Source: Myxococcales bacterium (GTDB lineage Bacteria; Myxococcota_A; Polyangia; Palsa-1104; SHYY01). Taken from it: 64,000 bases of DNA. The first letter of the stretch is position 1, and every line of letters begins with the position of its first letter. The stretch is taken from the NCBI GenBank assembly GCA_009692555.1, contig SHYY01000007.1:3259-67258 (forward strand), in the 5' to 3' direction. The notes under the pieces are model-generated. The model was given only the letters and a program-made list of their open reading frames with translations. It had not been told where the DNA came from and did no database searches. Shown piece after piece: positions 9,132 through 18,649 of this stretch. Made by a program: the position numbers and the translations under genes.

Positions 9132-11210
9132 TCAGTTCCAGGTATCGGGGATCTGCGCGGGGTCGAGGTCGCGCAGGATCTCGGTCAGGAGCTTGAGCGC
9201 CTCCTTCGCCTGGCCGCCCGTCGCCGAGGGGGCGAAGGCCTTGATCTGCGCGAGGACCTGCGAGCGCGGCGCGCCGGCGAAGACCGGCAGGGTGACGCCG
9301 GCGTCGCGGTAGCCGGATTCGATCTTGGCCTTGTGGGTCGCGCTGAAGTGGGCGGTGATGTTCGGCCAGTGGCGGAGGTAGAGCGTGCGCGCGTTCATCA
9401 GCTTGAACTTCTCGAGCTCGCCGCCCAGGCGGTCGGCGTGCATCCCGGTGATGTTCTGGAGCAGCGTCTGGAGCTGGTCGAGCTGCGGCTTGTTGATCTC
9501 GCCCTGCTCGAACGCCTTGGTGTAGGTTGGGAGGAGCGCGTCCACCTCGGGGCGGATGTCCTCGTACGACATCTCGGCGTAGTGGCTCTTGGTCCCGTAG
9601 CCGGTCTTGTCGGTCCACACCGCGACGTTCTGGTCGCGCGGCCCCGAGCCCTTCCCCACGTCCTCGCGCGATTTGTCGACCCCGCCGCCGTCGTGGCCGC
9701 GCGAGCCCTTCTCCCAGTTGGCGATGTGGCGCGTCGAGCCGGTGCCGGCGCTCGGCGAGTAGCCGGCGTAGCCCCAGATCGTCTTAAGATTCGGGAACAT
9801 GCGGTGGTACTGCTCGAGCTTGCCGAGCTGGCCGGTGTTGCACGCCGAGAACATGAGATCTTCGACCTGCCCCGCGGCGATCGGGAAGATCGTGGTCAGC
9901 CGCTCCAGGTGCGGGAACGGGATACTGCCGTTCTCGTCGCCCCACACCGAGCTGCCCCAGCTGTGGCCGGAGATCACCATCCGCTTGAGCAGCCCCTTGC
10001 CGTGCTCGATCCCGTAGAGGTGGGCGATCATCTGCCACAGCTCGTCCTTCGCGCCGTCGCCCGACGCGGCCAGGAACTGGGCGATCTGCGCCGCCTTTTG
10101 CGGCGAGAGCCCGGGGAGCGAATCGAGGCAGGTCTGGATCCCCTGATCGCTGGTGAGGTCGGCCCACTTGCCGCCCACCTGCACCTGGTCCTGCTTGGTG
10201 GAGCCGGTGAGGCCGGTGACGTTGTTCGCCCCGGCGGCCTTCTTCAGCGTCGCCAGCTCGACGCCCTTCGAGTCGGGGTTCATGCCGAGGAAGGTGATCT
10301 GCTCGCGCTGGATGAAGTCGGTGAGCCCCTCGCCGCCGCCCTCCTGCGACAGCCACTGGATGGTGATATCGCCCGCGCAGCCGTCGGTGCCGAGCCCCTT
10401 TGCCTTCTGGAACGCGGCTATTTTCTGGACCAGCCCCTCGTTCATCTGGCCATTCGCAGCGCCGACGATCTTGGCGATCTGGGTCCACACCGGGACGGCG
10501 AGGTGCTTGGCGTTGTTGAAGCGCACCGCCGCGGCGGCCTGCGCGTGGGTGAGCGCCGTGCCGGCGTGCTCGTCGGGATCGAGCTGCACGCCGCGCCCCT
10601 GGGCGCCTGCGCCTGCGCTCGCCGCCGCACCGGGCCCCGCCTTCTCGCCCAGCAGCCCCTCGGCGGAGCGCCCGTCGACCACCGCCTGCGCGACCTGATC
10701 GGCGTGCTGCTCGTGCTCATCCCCGTCGGCGCCGACGCCCCCGCGGAGCTGCACCCCGCCGCGCTGCTGGACCACGTGGGCCGCCTCGTGCGCGGCCGTG
10801 AACAGGCTCGGCGACTCGCGAAACGCGACCTGACCGTCGGCAGCGTAGGCACTGGCGCCGAGCGCCTGGCTGGCGTTCTGGGCCGCCTCGCCCTGATGCG
10901 CGCGCACGTTGCTGACATCGAAGCGGCCGAACGAGCGGCCGATCGCCTCGCCGTGGGGAAGCGCGCCGCCGGTGCCCTGGAGGCCTTCCGCGGCGGTCTG
11001 GCGCGCTGCGCTCCCGTCGCTGGCCGAGGTGGACGCGGCCTGGCGGGCCTGGGCGTCGCTCCCCGGAGAGCCGGCCGCCATGCGCCGCTGGACCGCCGCG
11101 CTGGCCTGGCTGTTGGCGTCTCTCACCGACGGGGGCTGGTGCGCCGCCGCGTCCTGCGCCGCGCTGCTCGGGTCCGACTCGCTCTCGACGCTTCGCTGAC
11201 GCTCGCTCAT
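9132..11210 (-). CDS. DUF4157 (eCIS core) protein with a peptidoglycan-binding-like motif and a C-terminal caspase/CHAT-like (clan CD) domain
   Basis: [42 protein letters not shown] (DUF4157); [14 protein letters not shown] (PG-binding-like); MVISGHS...[10 protein letters not shown] (His/Cys dyad-like). Confidence 0.8.
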   Translation of the reverse strand: MSERQRSVESESDPSSAAQDAAAHQPPSVRDANSQASAAVQRRMAAGSPGSDAQARQAASTSASDGSAARQTAAEGLQGTGGALPHGEAIGRSFGRFDVSNVRAHQGEAAQNASQALGASAYAADGQVAFRESPSLFTAAHEAAHVVQQRGGVQLRGGVGADGDEHEQHADQVAQAVVDGRSAEGLLGEKAGPGAAASAGAGAQGRGVQLDPDEHAGTALTHAQAAAAVRFNNAKHLAVPVWTQIAKIVGAANGQMNEGLVQKIAAFQKAKGLGTDGCAGDITIQWLSQEGGGEGLTDFIQREQITFLGMNPDSKGVELATLKKAAGANNVTGLTGSTKQDQVQVGGKWADLTSDQGIQTCLDSLPGLSPQKAAQIAQFLAASGDGAKDELWQMIAHLYGIEHGKGLLKRMVISGHSWGSSVWGDENGSIPFPHLERLTTIFPIAAGQVEDLMFSACNTGQLGKLEQYHRMFPNLKTIWGYAGYSPSAGTGSTRHIANWEKGSRGHDGGGVDKSREDVGKGSGPRDQNVAVWTDKTGYGTKSHYAEMSYEDIRPEVDALLPTYTKAFEQGEINKPQLDQLQTLLQNITGMHADRLGGELEKFKLMNARTLYLRHWPNITAHFSATHKAKIESGYRDAGVTLPVFAGAPRSQVLAQIKAFAPSATGGQAKEALKLLTEILRDLDPAQIPDTWN

Positions 11211-11257
11211 GGCAACTCTCCGTGCGCTGAAATCGTTAAAGGACTATCGCCGAAAGA

Positions 11258-12700
11258 TTATCGCCGATTCGGCGCCAACGTTGTGGATTTCGTCGGCCGC
11301 CTCGGGCCGGCGAAGACCACCCGCAGCCCGTCGGCGGGCGAGATGGTGATCCCCCGCATGATCGGGGTCGGCCGCGAACCGGTCGCGAGCGCGAGGTCGC
11401 AGGTCATCAGGAGCTCGGCCAGCACCACCTGCATCTCGAGGCTGGCGAAGGCCATCCCAATGCAGCGCCTTCGCCCGCCGCCGAAGGGAAAGAAGTGATT
11501 CGGCGAGACCTTGGCCTCGCCGAGGAAGCGCTCAGGACGGAACTCTTCGGGCGCGGGCCACAGGTCGGGCCGACGGTGCGTGAGGTAGATGCAGGGCCAG
11601 ACGATGGTCCCGGCCGGCGCCTCGCCGCGCTCGAGCGGGAGCGGCTTGATCAGCGAGCGGCCGACAGCGGGCGCGATCGGCGTGAGGCGCATCGACTCCT
11701 TGATGCAGGCGTCGAGGTAGGGGAGCTTGCGGGCCTTCGTGGCGTCGACTTTGCCGCCCGGGAAGGCTTCGTCGAGCTCGGCGCGCAGGCGGTCGAGGAC
11801 GTCGGGGCGCGCGAGGATGTGCCGGAGGGCCCAGCACAGCGCGTTGGCGGTGGTCTCGTGGCCACCGACGAGCAGCATGATCAGCTCGTCGATCAGCGCC
11901 CCGGTTTCGAGGGCGCGCCCGTCCTCGTAGCGGGCCGAGACGAGCAGCGCCATCACGTCGCGGCGATCGCCTGGGGGACGGACGCGGCACTCGGCGATCT
12001 CCTGCTCGAGGATCGCGATGATCTCCGCCTTGGCGTCGGCGAGGCGCTGCCACGGCAGCAGGCGCCAGGGGGCCGGCCCCTCGGGGTAGCGGGCTTGGCT
12101 GGCGGCGGCGGCGCGGTCGAGGAAGCGGCGGACGCGGGTGGCGGTGACCGCCATCGATACCAGGAAGACCAGCGGCGTGAGCGTGCCGTCGAGCCAGCGC
12201 GTGGTGAGGTGGCGCAGCCGCTCCAGGCGATGCCCCTCCGCGAGGCCGAACACGCAGGTCATGATCACCGAGAGGGTCACCCACTGCATCTCGGGATGCA
12301 TCGCGAAGGAGTCGCCCGGGCGAAAGGAGGCGATCCGCCGCGCGGTGACCTGCTGGATGAGGCGCGCGTAGCCCTCCAGGTGATCGCCGTGCAGCGGTGG
12401 GACCATCAGGCGGCGGTCGGCCAGGTGGCTCTCTCCGTCGAGAAACAGGAGTCCGCGCGCGCCGAGGTTGAGCGGGATGCTGACGTCGTGCGACACGTAG
12501 TGATCGGGCTCGAGGGCGAAGATCCGGCGCACGTCCTCGGGGTGGCTGCAGACGATGCGCGGCGGATCACCCGGCAGGCGCAGGGTGAACGAGTCGCCGT
12601 GGCGGCGCGCGCACTCGTCGAGGAAGCCGAACGGCGAGGCGCCGAAGCGCATGCCCTGGCGGAGGGGGTGGAGATCGGGACCGGGGGGAAGCTCGTTCAT
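11258..12700 (-). CDS. Cytochrome P450
   Basis: LLVGGHETT (I-helix), ESMR (ExxR) and FGGGRRRCIG (heme Cys). Confidence 0.95.
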   Translation of the reverse strand: MNELPPGPDLHPLRQGMRFGASPFGFLDECARRHGDSFTLRLPGDPPRIVCSHPEDVRRIFALEPDHYVSHDVSIPLNLGARGLLFLDGESHLADRRLMVPPLHGDHLEGYARLIQQVTARRIASFRPGDSFAMHPEMQWVTLSVIMTCVFGLAEGHRLERLRHLTTRWLDGTLTPLVFLVSMAVTATRVRRFLDRAAAASQARYPEGPAPWRLLPWQRLADAKAEIIAILEQEIAECRVRPPGDRRDVMALLVSARYEDGRALETGALIDELIMLLVGGHETTANALCWALRHILARPDVLDRLRAELDEAFPGGKVDATKARKLPYLDACIKESMRLTPIAPAVGRSLIKPLPLERGEAPAGTIVWPCIYLTHRRPDLWPAPEEFRPERFLGEAKVSPNHFFPFGGGRRRCIGMAFASLEMQVVLAELLMTCDLALATGSRPTPIMRGITISPADGLRVVFAGPRRPTKSTTLAPNRR

Positions 12701-12757
12701 GGGGGCTCTGGCAGTCCTTCGAGAGCCACGATGCACCGCCAGGCCACGCTCCCGAGT

Positions 12758-13255
12758 CTATCCGCCCGTGGCGCGGGGTGAAAGGGGCGCACCCAGCGCC
12801 TCGTCGATCGCCTGCCGCAGCTCGGGCGCGTTTGGCGAGACGCGGCTCGAGAAGGCGGCGCGCACGGCGCCGTCGCGCCCGACCAGGTACTTGTGGAAGT
12901 TCCACTTCGGCTCCCCGTGCGCGGCGGTGAGGAAGCGGTAGACCGGCGACTGGCCCTCGCCCCTAATGACCACCTTCTCGAACAGCGGGAAGGTGATCTT
13001 GTAGCGGGCGGTGCAGAACACGGCGATCTCCTGCGACGAACCGGGCTCCTGCCCGCCAAAGTCGTTGGAGGGGAACCCGAGCACCACCAGGCCGCGGTTG
13101 GCGAGTTCGGCGTGGAGCGCTTCGAGGCCGGTGTATTGCGGGGTGAAGCCGCACTCGGAGGCGGTGTTGACGACGAGGGTCACCTTGCCCTGGTAGATCG
13201 AGAGCGGCCGGGGCTTGCCGTCGAGGGTGGTGGCGGTGAGATCGTAGAGGGACAT
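12758..13255 (-). CDS. gpx: Glutathione peroxidase (Cys type)
   Basis: VVNTASECGFTPQY, LGFPSNDFGGQEPG and WNFHKYLV. Confidence 0.95.
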   Translation of the reverse strand: MSLYDLTATTLDGKPRPLSIYQGKVTLVVNTASECGFTPQYTGLEALHAELANRGLVVLGFPSNDFGGQEPGSSQEIAVFCTARYKITFPLFEKVVIRGEGQSPVYRFLTAAHGEPKWNFHKYLVGRDGAVRAAFSSRVSPNAPELRQAIDEALGAPLSPRATGG

Positions 13256-13393
13256 CGGGGCTCCGCAGGGTGGATGGGGGACGAGCGTAGGGCCGGCGCG
13301 ACTCCTTCGCCAGCGGGAAGATCCGGTGCAGCGCGGGCAGCCGGATCACGCGCAGGATGCGTTCGTTTTTGGAAGAGCCGCTGCGTGGTAGAA

Positions 13394-13545
13394 GGGCCCG
13401 TGTCCAGCGTTTTCATTTCACCATCCATCCCGGCTGGCTTCGTTGCTCCTTGGTCGAATACAGAGAGTATTCTTCCTCGTCGCGCCTCGCCATCCGGGCG
13501 CCTCGGCCGCGATCAGCGATCGACTTGTTCATTCGCGGGCCCTTA
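13394..13545. mobile_element. Partial/variant copy of the MITE-like repeat at 48636-48826
   Basis: It shares about 110 bp (catcccggctggcttcg...aatacagagagtattct...cgatcgacttgt.cattcgcgggccc-TTA) with 48676-48829. The left end starts GGGCCCG but then diverges. Confidence 0.7.
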
Positions 13546-14676
13546 GCTACGGTTCGCCAGCTCGAAGATCCGGTGCAGGGTGGGCAGCTTGATCACGCGC
13601 TGGAGCTGCAATCCCGAACGCGCGAAGAGCGCCTCCATCTCGCGGGTGGTGCGCTCGCGTCCACCGTCGCTGAGCAGGAGCATCAGGAGGTCGAAGACCT
13701 TCGGGTAGCTGAAGCCCGGATCGTCGGGGATCACGCCCTCGATCACCAGCACGCGGCCCGCGGGAGGGAGCGCGCGGCGGATGGCGGCGAGGAGGGCCGT
13801 GCAGGCGTCGTCGCCCCAGTCGTGGATGATCGCGAGGAGGGTGTAGAGGTCGTGCCCCTCGGGGACAGACGCGAAGAAATCGCCGCCCTGGAACGTGCAG
13901 CGATCGGCCACTCCGTGCGCCGCGAAGGTCTTTTGCGCCCCGTCGGCCAGCTCGGGCAGATCGAACACCGTCCCCGTCGCTGTCGGATTCGCCGCGACGA
14001 TGCCGGCGAGCACGGCGCCGTGGCCACCGCCGATATCGCAGATCCGGCGCGCCTTCGAGAAATCGTAATGATCCTGGAGGAACAGGGACTGCATCCGCGA
14101 CCCGGCCGCCATCGCGCCATTGAATGCCTCGCCCGCCGCCGGATTGACCCGATTGACGTAATGGAAGAATTTGTGGCCGAGCGCCTTCTCGGCCGGGCTC
14201 TCGCCGGTCAGGATGGCGTGCTTCGCCTGATTCCAGACCTGCCAGTTCCAGTCGGAGCCGAAGAAGAGCACCCAGTCGCGCCAGGAATAGGGGTGATCCT
14301 TCCGCAGCGCGTCGGTCGCAGGATTGTTGCGATAGCGCCCCTGTTCGTCGACGGCGAAGAGGCCGCGCGAGACGAGAAAGCGCATCATCCGGTGCAGCGC
14401 ATCGGCATTCCCACCGACGGTGGCGGCCAGCTCGGCGGCGATCTGCGGCCCGCCCGCGAGCCGATCGGGAAGCTCCAGCTCGACCGCCACGGCGAGCATC
14501 TTGTTATCGACGATCCCGAGCATCCGCTCGAACGGGAGGGCGAAAGGCGGGATCATCCCGTCGTGGGCGCGGCCGATCCAGTTGCGGAATCGCACCGCGG
14601 CCTCGGCCGCCCACGCCGGCGGAACCGGGCCTCCGAGCGCCTCGCGGAGCGCCTCCTTGACGGGTTTCTCTGGCAT
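13543..14676 (-). CDS. SAM-dependent O-methyltransferase (family 2, dimerisation plus MTase domains)
   Basis: ICDIGGGHG, FQGGDFF, IIHDWGDD and GRERT motifs. Confidence 0.9.
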   Translation of the reverse strand: MPEKPVKEALREALGGPVPPAWAAEAAVRFRNWIGRAHDGMIPPFALPFERMLGIVDNKMLAVAVELELPDRLAGGPQIAAELAATVGGNADALHRMMRFLVSRGLFAVDEQGRYRNNPATDALRKDHPYSWRDWVLFFGSDWNWQVWNQAKHAILTGESPAEKALGHKFFHYVNRVNPAAGEAFNGAMAAGSRMQSLFLQDHYDFSKARRICDIGGGHGAVLAGIVAANPTATGTVFDLPELADGAQKTFAAHGVADRCTFQGGDFFASVPEGHDLYTLLAIIHDWGDDACTALLAAIRRALPPAGRVLVIEGVIPDDPGFSYPKVFDLLMLLLSDGGRERTTREMEALFARSGLQLQRVIKLPTLHRIFELANRS

Positions 14677-14685
14677 CACGCTCTC

Positions 14686-15078
14686 CTACGGCTTCCTGCG
14701 CAGCGCCCGCAGCTCCATTCCTTCGGAGGCGCGCCACACCTTGTCATAGCGGCCGAGACCCGTCACCTGTGCCAGAAGATCGAGATCGCCTGCCGTCGTC
14801 CGCAGGAGGAAGTTCTCGCCGCGCTCGAGGGTCGCGGCGTCGAGTACGAACGGGGCGTCCGTCATCGGGTCGCGGAGCCCGGGCTGAAACGGCGCCAGCG
14901 CGTGGGCGAGCCGCTGATAGTTCGGCTTCACCCGGGCGTAGCAGATGTCGAGAGCGTCGGTGACGTACGCAGACCCGTGCGCGACGGCCGCGAGGCCCCC
15001 GAGCACGACGAAGGCTACCCCCTCATCGGCGAGGGCGGCGATCAGCTCGTTCGGTCTCACCACGACGCTTCCGCTCAC
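14686..15078 (-). pseudogene. C-terminally truncated nucleotidyltransferase (MNT-like)
   Basis: FVVLGGLAAVAHGS..VTDALDICY and TTAGDLDLL are present. It stops at 130 aa directly against the RBS of the next gene and lacks the usual C-terminal KRAxGRxKD segment. Confidence 0.7.
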
Positions 15079-15298
15079 CCGCGGCGCGCATTGCCTCGAC
15101 CAACTCGAGCGCGCGTGCGTGGCGCTCCAGCCGCTCCGTCGGTGTCAGCTCGAGCCGCTCGCGCAGCAGCGAGAGATCCACGCCGAACTCGTCGGCGCGC
15201 CGGAGAACCTCGGAATCTCGCGAGCCCACGAGACGAGAATAGCCCAGATCGCCCGCCTCCGGGCCACGGAACGCCTCGCCGCCATCCGCTCCGCTCAC
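15023..15298 (-). CDS. Small helical partner protein of the nucleotidyltransferase (putative antitoxin-like)
   Basis: GVDLSLLRERLELTPTERLER resembles the small ORFs found upstream of such NTases. Its GTG start overlaps the rluA TGA (GTGA). Confidence 0.6.
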   Translation of the reverse strand: MSGADGGEAFRGPEAGDLGYSRLVGSRDSEVLRRADEFGVDLSLLRERLELTPTERLERHARALELVEAMRAAGERKRRGETERADRRPRR

Positions 15299-16131
15299 GA
15301 CCAGGCGATCGCGGAGACCACCTCGATCGGCGCGGCGGTTTGCGGGTGCGGGAAGGCGAGGCGGGCGGCGTGGAGCATCAGGCGCGGCGCGGCGGGGCCG
15401 CCGTAGAGGCGGTCGCCGACGAGGGGGTGGCCGAGGGCGGCGAGGTGGACGCGGATCTGGTGGGTGCGGCCGGTGTCGAGGGTGACGCGGATCAGCGTGC
15501 CGCCCGCAGCCGCGGCGACGGGAACGATGTGGGTGCGCGCGGATTGTCCACCGGGCGCGCGCTCGGGGAGCGCGAGGCGGCGGCGGGAATCGGCGGGATC
15601 GCGGGCGATCTTCAGGCGGATCTGCTGCGGCTCGGTGATCTTCCCCGCGGCGACGGCGAGGTACTCGCGGGCGATCTCCCCGCGATCGAGCGAATGCTGC
15701 AGCGCAGCGTAGGCGTCGGGGCGCAGCGCGACGAGGAGGAGGCCCGAGGCGTCGCGGTCGAGGCGGTGCATCGGCCGAGCGTCAGGATGCTCGCGCCGCA
15801 CCAGCACCTCCACCGACGAGGAAGCTTCGCCCTGGGAGGGCTGCGAGAGCATCCCGGGTGGCTTGTCGACCACCAGCAGCACGTCGTCGCGCCACGCCAC
15901 CTTCAGCCGGGGCTCTCCGCCTCCCACCTTCGCCGGCTCGCGCGCCACCACCTGCGCCCCCGGGGCGAGCCTCGTCACCGCCTGCGCCCGCCGTCCGTCG
16001 ACCTGCACCGCGCCGAGGTCGACCCAGCGCTCCACCTCGCCGGCGGGCAGCCCGAGCCGCAGCGCCAGGAACGGCGCCAGCGCCCCGGGATCGCCCACCG
16101 CGACCCGGAGCACATGCTTGCGCAGGCTCAC
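15295..16131 (-). CDS. rluA: RluA/RluD family pseudouridine synthase with an S4-like N-terminus
   Basis: VVDKPPG, HRLDRDASGLL, GRTHQIRVH and LMLHAARL. Confidence 0.93.
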   Translation of the reverse strand: MSLRKHVLRVAVGDPGALAPFLALRLGLPAGEVERWVDLGAVQVDGRRAQAVTRLAPGAQVVAREPAKVGGGEPRLKVAWRDDVLLVVDKPPGMLSQPSQGEASSSVEVLVRREHPDARPMHRLDRDASGLLLVALRPDAYAALQHSLDRGEIAREYLAVAAGKITEPQQIRLKIARDPADSRRRLALPERAPGGQSARTHIVPVAAAAGGTLIRVTLDTGRTHQIRVHLAALGHPLVGDRLYGGPAAPRLMLHAARLAFPHPQTAAPIEVVSAIAWS

Positions 16132-16132
16132 G

Positions 16133-17038
16133 CTACACGCCGGCCAGCGCGACGGCGATGCGCGCCGCGATCCGGCAATTGTTGAGCACCAGGGCGCGAT
16201 TGGCGGCGAGGCTCTTTCCGCCGGTCGCCCGCGCCACCGACGCGAGGAGGTGCGGCGTGAGCGCCTTGCCGCCGATCCCGCCGCGCGCGGCGGAGGCGAG
16301 AGCGGCGCTGATGGCCTCCCGGATCTCTCCCGTATCGAGCGCGTCCTCCGCGGGGATTGGATTGACGATCAGCACGCCGCCGCGATCGCCAAGCGCACGC
16401 CGGGCGAGGATCACCGCCGCCGCTCCGGCGGGATCGTCGACGCGATGCTCGAGGGGAATTCCGCTCGATCGGGTGTAGAACGCAGGGAACTCGGAGGTGC
16501 CGTAGCCGAGGACGAGCACGCCGAGCGTCTCGAGCATTTCCACTGTGCGCGGGAGATCGAGGACCGCCTTTGCGCCGGCCGATACGACGGTGACAGGCTC
16601 GCGGGCCAGCGTGGCGAGGTCGGAAGAGACGTCGCCGGTGTCGCCGCGGTGGACGCCGCCGATGCCGCCGGTCGCAAACAGCGCGATCCCGGCGCGTGCC
16701 GCCGCGAAGGCGGTCGCCGACACCGTGGTCGCCGCGTCGCGCCCGGTCGCCACCGCCGGGGCGAGGTCGGCCTGCCCCGCCTTGACGAACTCGCCGCGCG
16801 CGATTCGCTCGAGCGCTGCGCCGTCGACGCCGATGGTGAGCGCTCCCCGAAGGACGGCCACGGTGGCCGGGACCGCGCCCTCCGCACGCACCGCCGCCTC
16901 CGCCGCGCGACCCACCTCGAGGTTCTCCGGCCACGGCAGCCCGTGCGCCAGCAGCGTCGATTCAAGCGCCACCACCGCGCGCCCACCCGCGATGGCGGCG
17001 CGCACCTCCTCCGAGACCGTGAAGAGGATCTCGACCAT
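16133..17038 (-). CDS. psuG: Pseudouridine-5'-phosphate glycosidase
   Basis: VVALESTLLAHGLPWPEN, ATTVSAT, FATGGIGGVHRG..DVSSDL, GAKAVLDL and GKALTPHLL. TGATG overlap with hslO. Confidence 0.93.
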   Translation of the reverse strand: MVEILFTVSEEVRAAIAGGRAVVALESTLLAHGLPWPENLEVGRAAEAAVRAEGAVPATVAVLRGALTIGVDGAALERIARGEFVKAGQADLAPAVATGRDAATTVSATAFAAARAGIALFATGGIGGVHRGDTGDVSSDLATLAREPVTVVSAGAKAVLDLPRTVEMLETLGVLVLGYGTSEFPAFYTRSSGIPLEHRVDDPAGAAAVILARRALGDRGGVLIVNPIPAEDALDTGEIREAISAALASAARGGIGGKALTPHLLASVARATGGKSLAANRALVLNNCRIAARIAVALAGV

Positions 17039-17946
17039 CAATTGCGGCCGCGCGGGCCCTTCGCGATCAGCTCGCGGATCTGCTCCAGCTTCGGGCGCGC
17101 GACGACGTAGCGCTCGCCGCAGAAGTTGCAGGTCACCTCGGCCTGCCCGTCCTCGGCGATCATCTCGTCGATGTCCACCGTCGAGAAGAGCAGCAGCGAG
17201 TCCTCCACGCGCTCCACGGTGCAGCGGCAGCGGAAGCGCACCGGGCGCAGGCCGAGCACCTCCACCGGTCGCCCGTAGACCGCCAGCGCGAGCAACTCGG
17301 GGGTGGCCCCGCCCCGCTTCAGGCAGTCCCAGATCGCGCCGGTGCGGAGCGCGTGCTGCGCCTCGCGGACCAGGGTGGCGGCCTCCTCGGCGGCGCCGAG
17401 CTCGGCGGGCAGCGCCTGCACCAGCACCCCGGCCGCGGCGATCAGGTCGCCGTTTTCGATCAGCACATCGCACCCCAGCGCCGACGGGATCTGCTCCGAG
17501 ACGCGCAGGTAGCCCTCGACGTCCTCGTCGACCTCGCCGGTGGTGAGGCAGGTCTGGCCCTGGTAGCGCTCCTTCAGGCCGAGATCGCGCAGCACGTTGA
17601 CCACGCCGTCGCGGCCGAGCACCTCGACCACCCGGCCCCGCCCGACGCAGGCCTTGCGCGCGCGATCGGCGTGGACCGGGTAGCCGCGCACGTCGCCCTC
17701 GTCGGTGGCGTCGGCGGTGATGCCACCGAGCGGGCCGTCGCCCTGGAGCTGGAGGGTGACGCGCTCGCCGCCCTTGGTGAGCGTCGCCAGGAGGAGGCTG
17801 GAGGTGAGCGCGCGGCCGAGAGCGCAGGCTCCCAGCCCCTCGGCGGCGTGGCGCCGTGCCGCCTCGCGGGAGAGGTCGCCGGTGATCACCACGACCACGC
17901 GCACCCCCGCGGCGCGATCGATGGCGCGGGCAATCTCATCGGACAT
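17038..17946 (-). CDS. hslO: Hsp33 redox-regulated chaperone
   Basis: ALGRALTSSLLL, QGDGPLG, SEQIPSAL and the C-terminal CRC...CNFC zinc motif. Confidence 0.93.
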   Translation of the reverse strand: MSDEIARAIDRAAGVRVVVVITGDLSREAARRHAAEGLGACALGRALTSSLLLATLTKGGERVTLQLQGDGPLGGITADATDEGDVRGYPVHADRARKACVGRGRVVEVLGRDGVVNVLRDLGLKERYQGQTCLTTGEVDEDVEGYLRVSEQIPSALGCDVLIENGDLIAAAGVLVQALPAELGAAEEAATLVREAQHALRTGAIWDCLKRGGATPELLALAVYGRPVEVLGLRPVRFRCRCTVERVEDSLLLFSTVDIDEMIAEDGQAEVTCNFCGERYVVARPKLEQIRELIAKGPRGRN

Positions 17947-18022
17947 GCGCGCCAGCGTACCGCGGATTTTTCACAGCGGCGAGAGGCGGCCCAAGCGGGT
18001 GGCGGCGGCCGCGGCGAATCAG

Positions 18023-18646
18023 GTGGGCGTCGCGCCCTCCGCGGTCTCCGATGCCGCGAGCCTCGATCGGGTGGATCCGGATCCGGCCCGCTGCCCACGT
18101 TGGCGTCGTGCGACCGTCGCGCGGATTGGCGCCACCAATGCGGCGTTCGATGGCATCGTCGGCCCCCGGCAGTTCGCCCAGACGGCCCATGCCATCGCTC
18201 GCTTCGCGGCCACCCCAGCCGACACCGCGGCCGACTGTCTCGTTACGAACCGGCCCCCGAGCTGCGCGGGCGCTGTCGCGAGTTCGGGTGTGCTGTGGCC
18301 GCCCAATCACAAGATGGCCCCCGTTGCAGTGACGGGGGTAACGGACGCAGAGGGAGACGCCGTGCGGGTTCGGATCGACCCCGTCACGCAGGACGAAGCG
18401 GTCGGCAAGAGCAAGGCGCCCTGCGCCGACGCCTCCGGCATCGGAACCTCCACGGCGCTCGTGCGCGCCGCGCGCGACGGGGCGGCTCACAACGGCCGCG
18501 TCTATCGCATCGCCTTTACCGCCGACGACGATCACGGCGGATCCTGCACGGGCGCCGTCTCGGTGTGTGTGCCTCACGACCAGAGCGCCGCCACCTGCGT
18601 CGACGATGGCCAGAGCTTCGATTCCGCCACCTGCCCCCCCAAGTAG
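18023..18646 (+). pseudogene. Orphan C-terminal 'LWPPNHK' domain of a secreted protein; no convincing N-terminus or signal peptide
   Basis: VLWPPNHKMAPVAVTGVTDAEGD..NGRVYRIAFTADD..SCTGAVSVCVPHD is a recurrent C-terminal extracellular domain. The start coordinate is approximate. Confidence 0.6.
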
Positions 18647-18649
18647 CAC

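Noticed and set aside
12758-13255. Selenocysteine glutathione peroxidase
   Set aside because: The active-site codon is TGC (ASECG), with no in-frame TGA.
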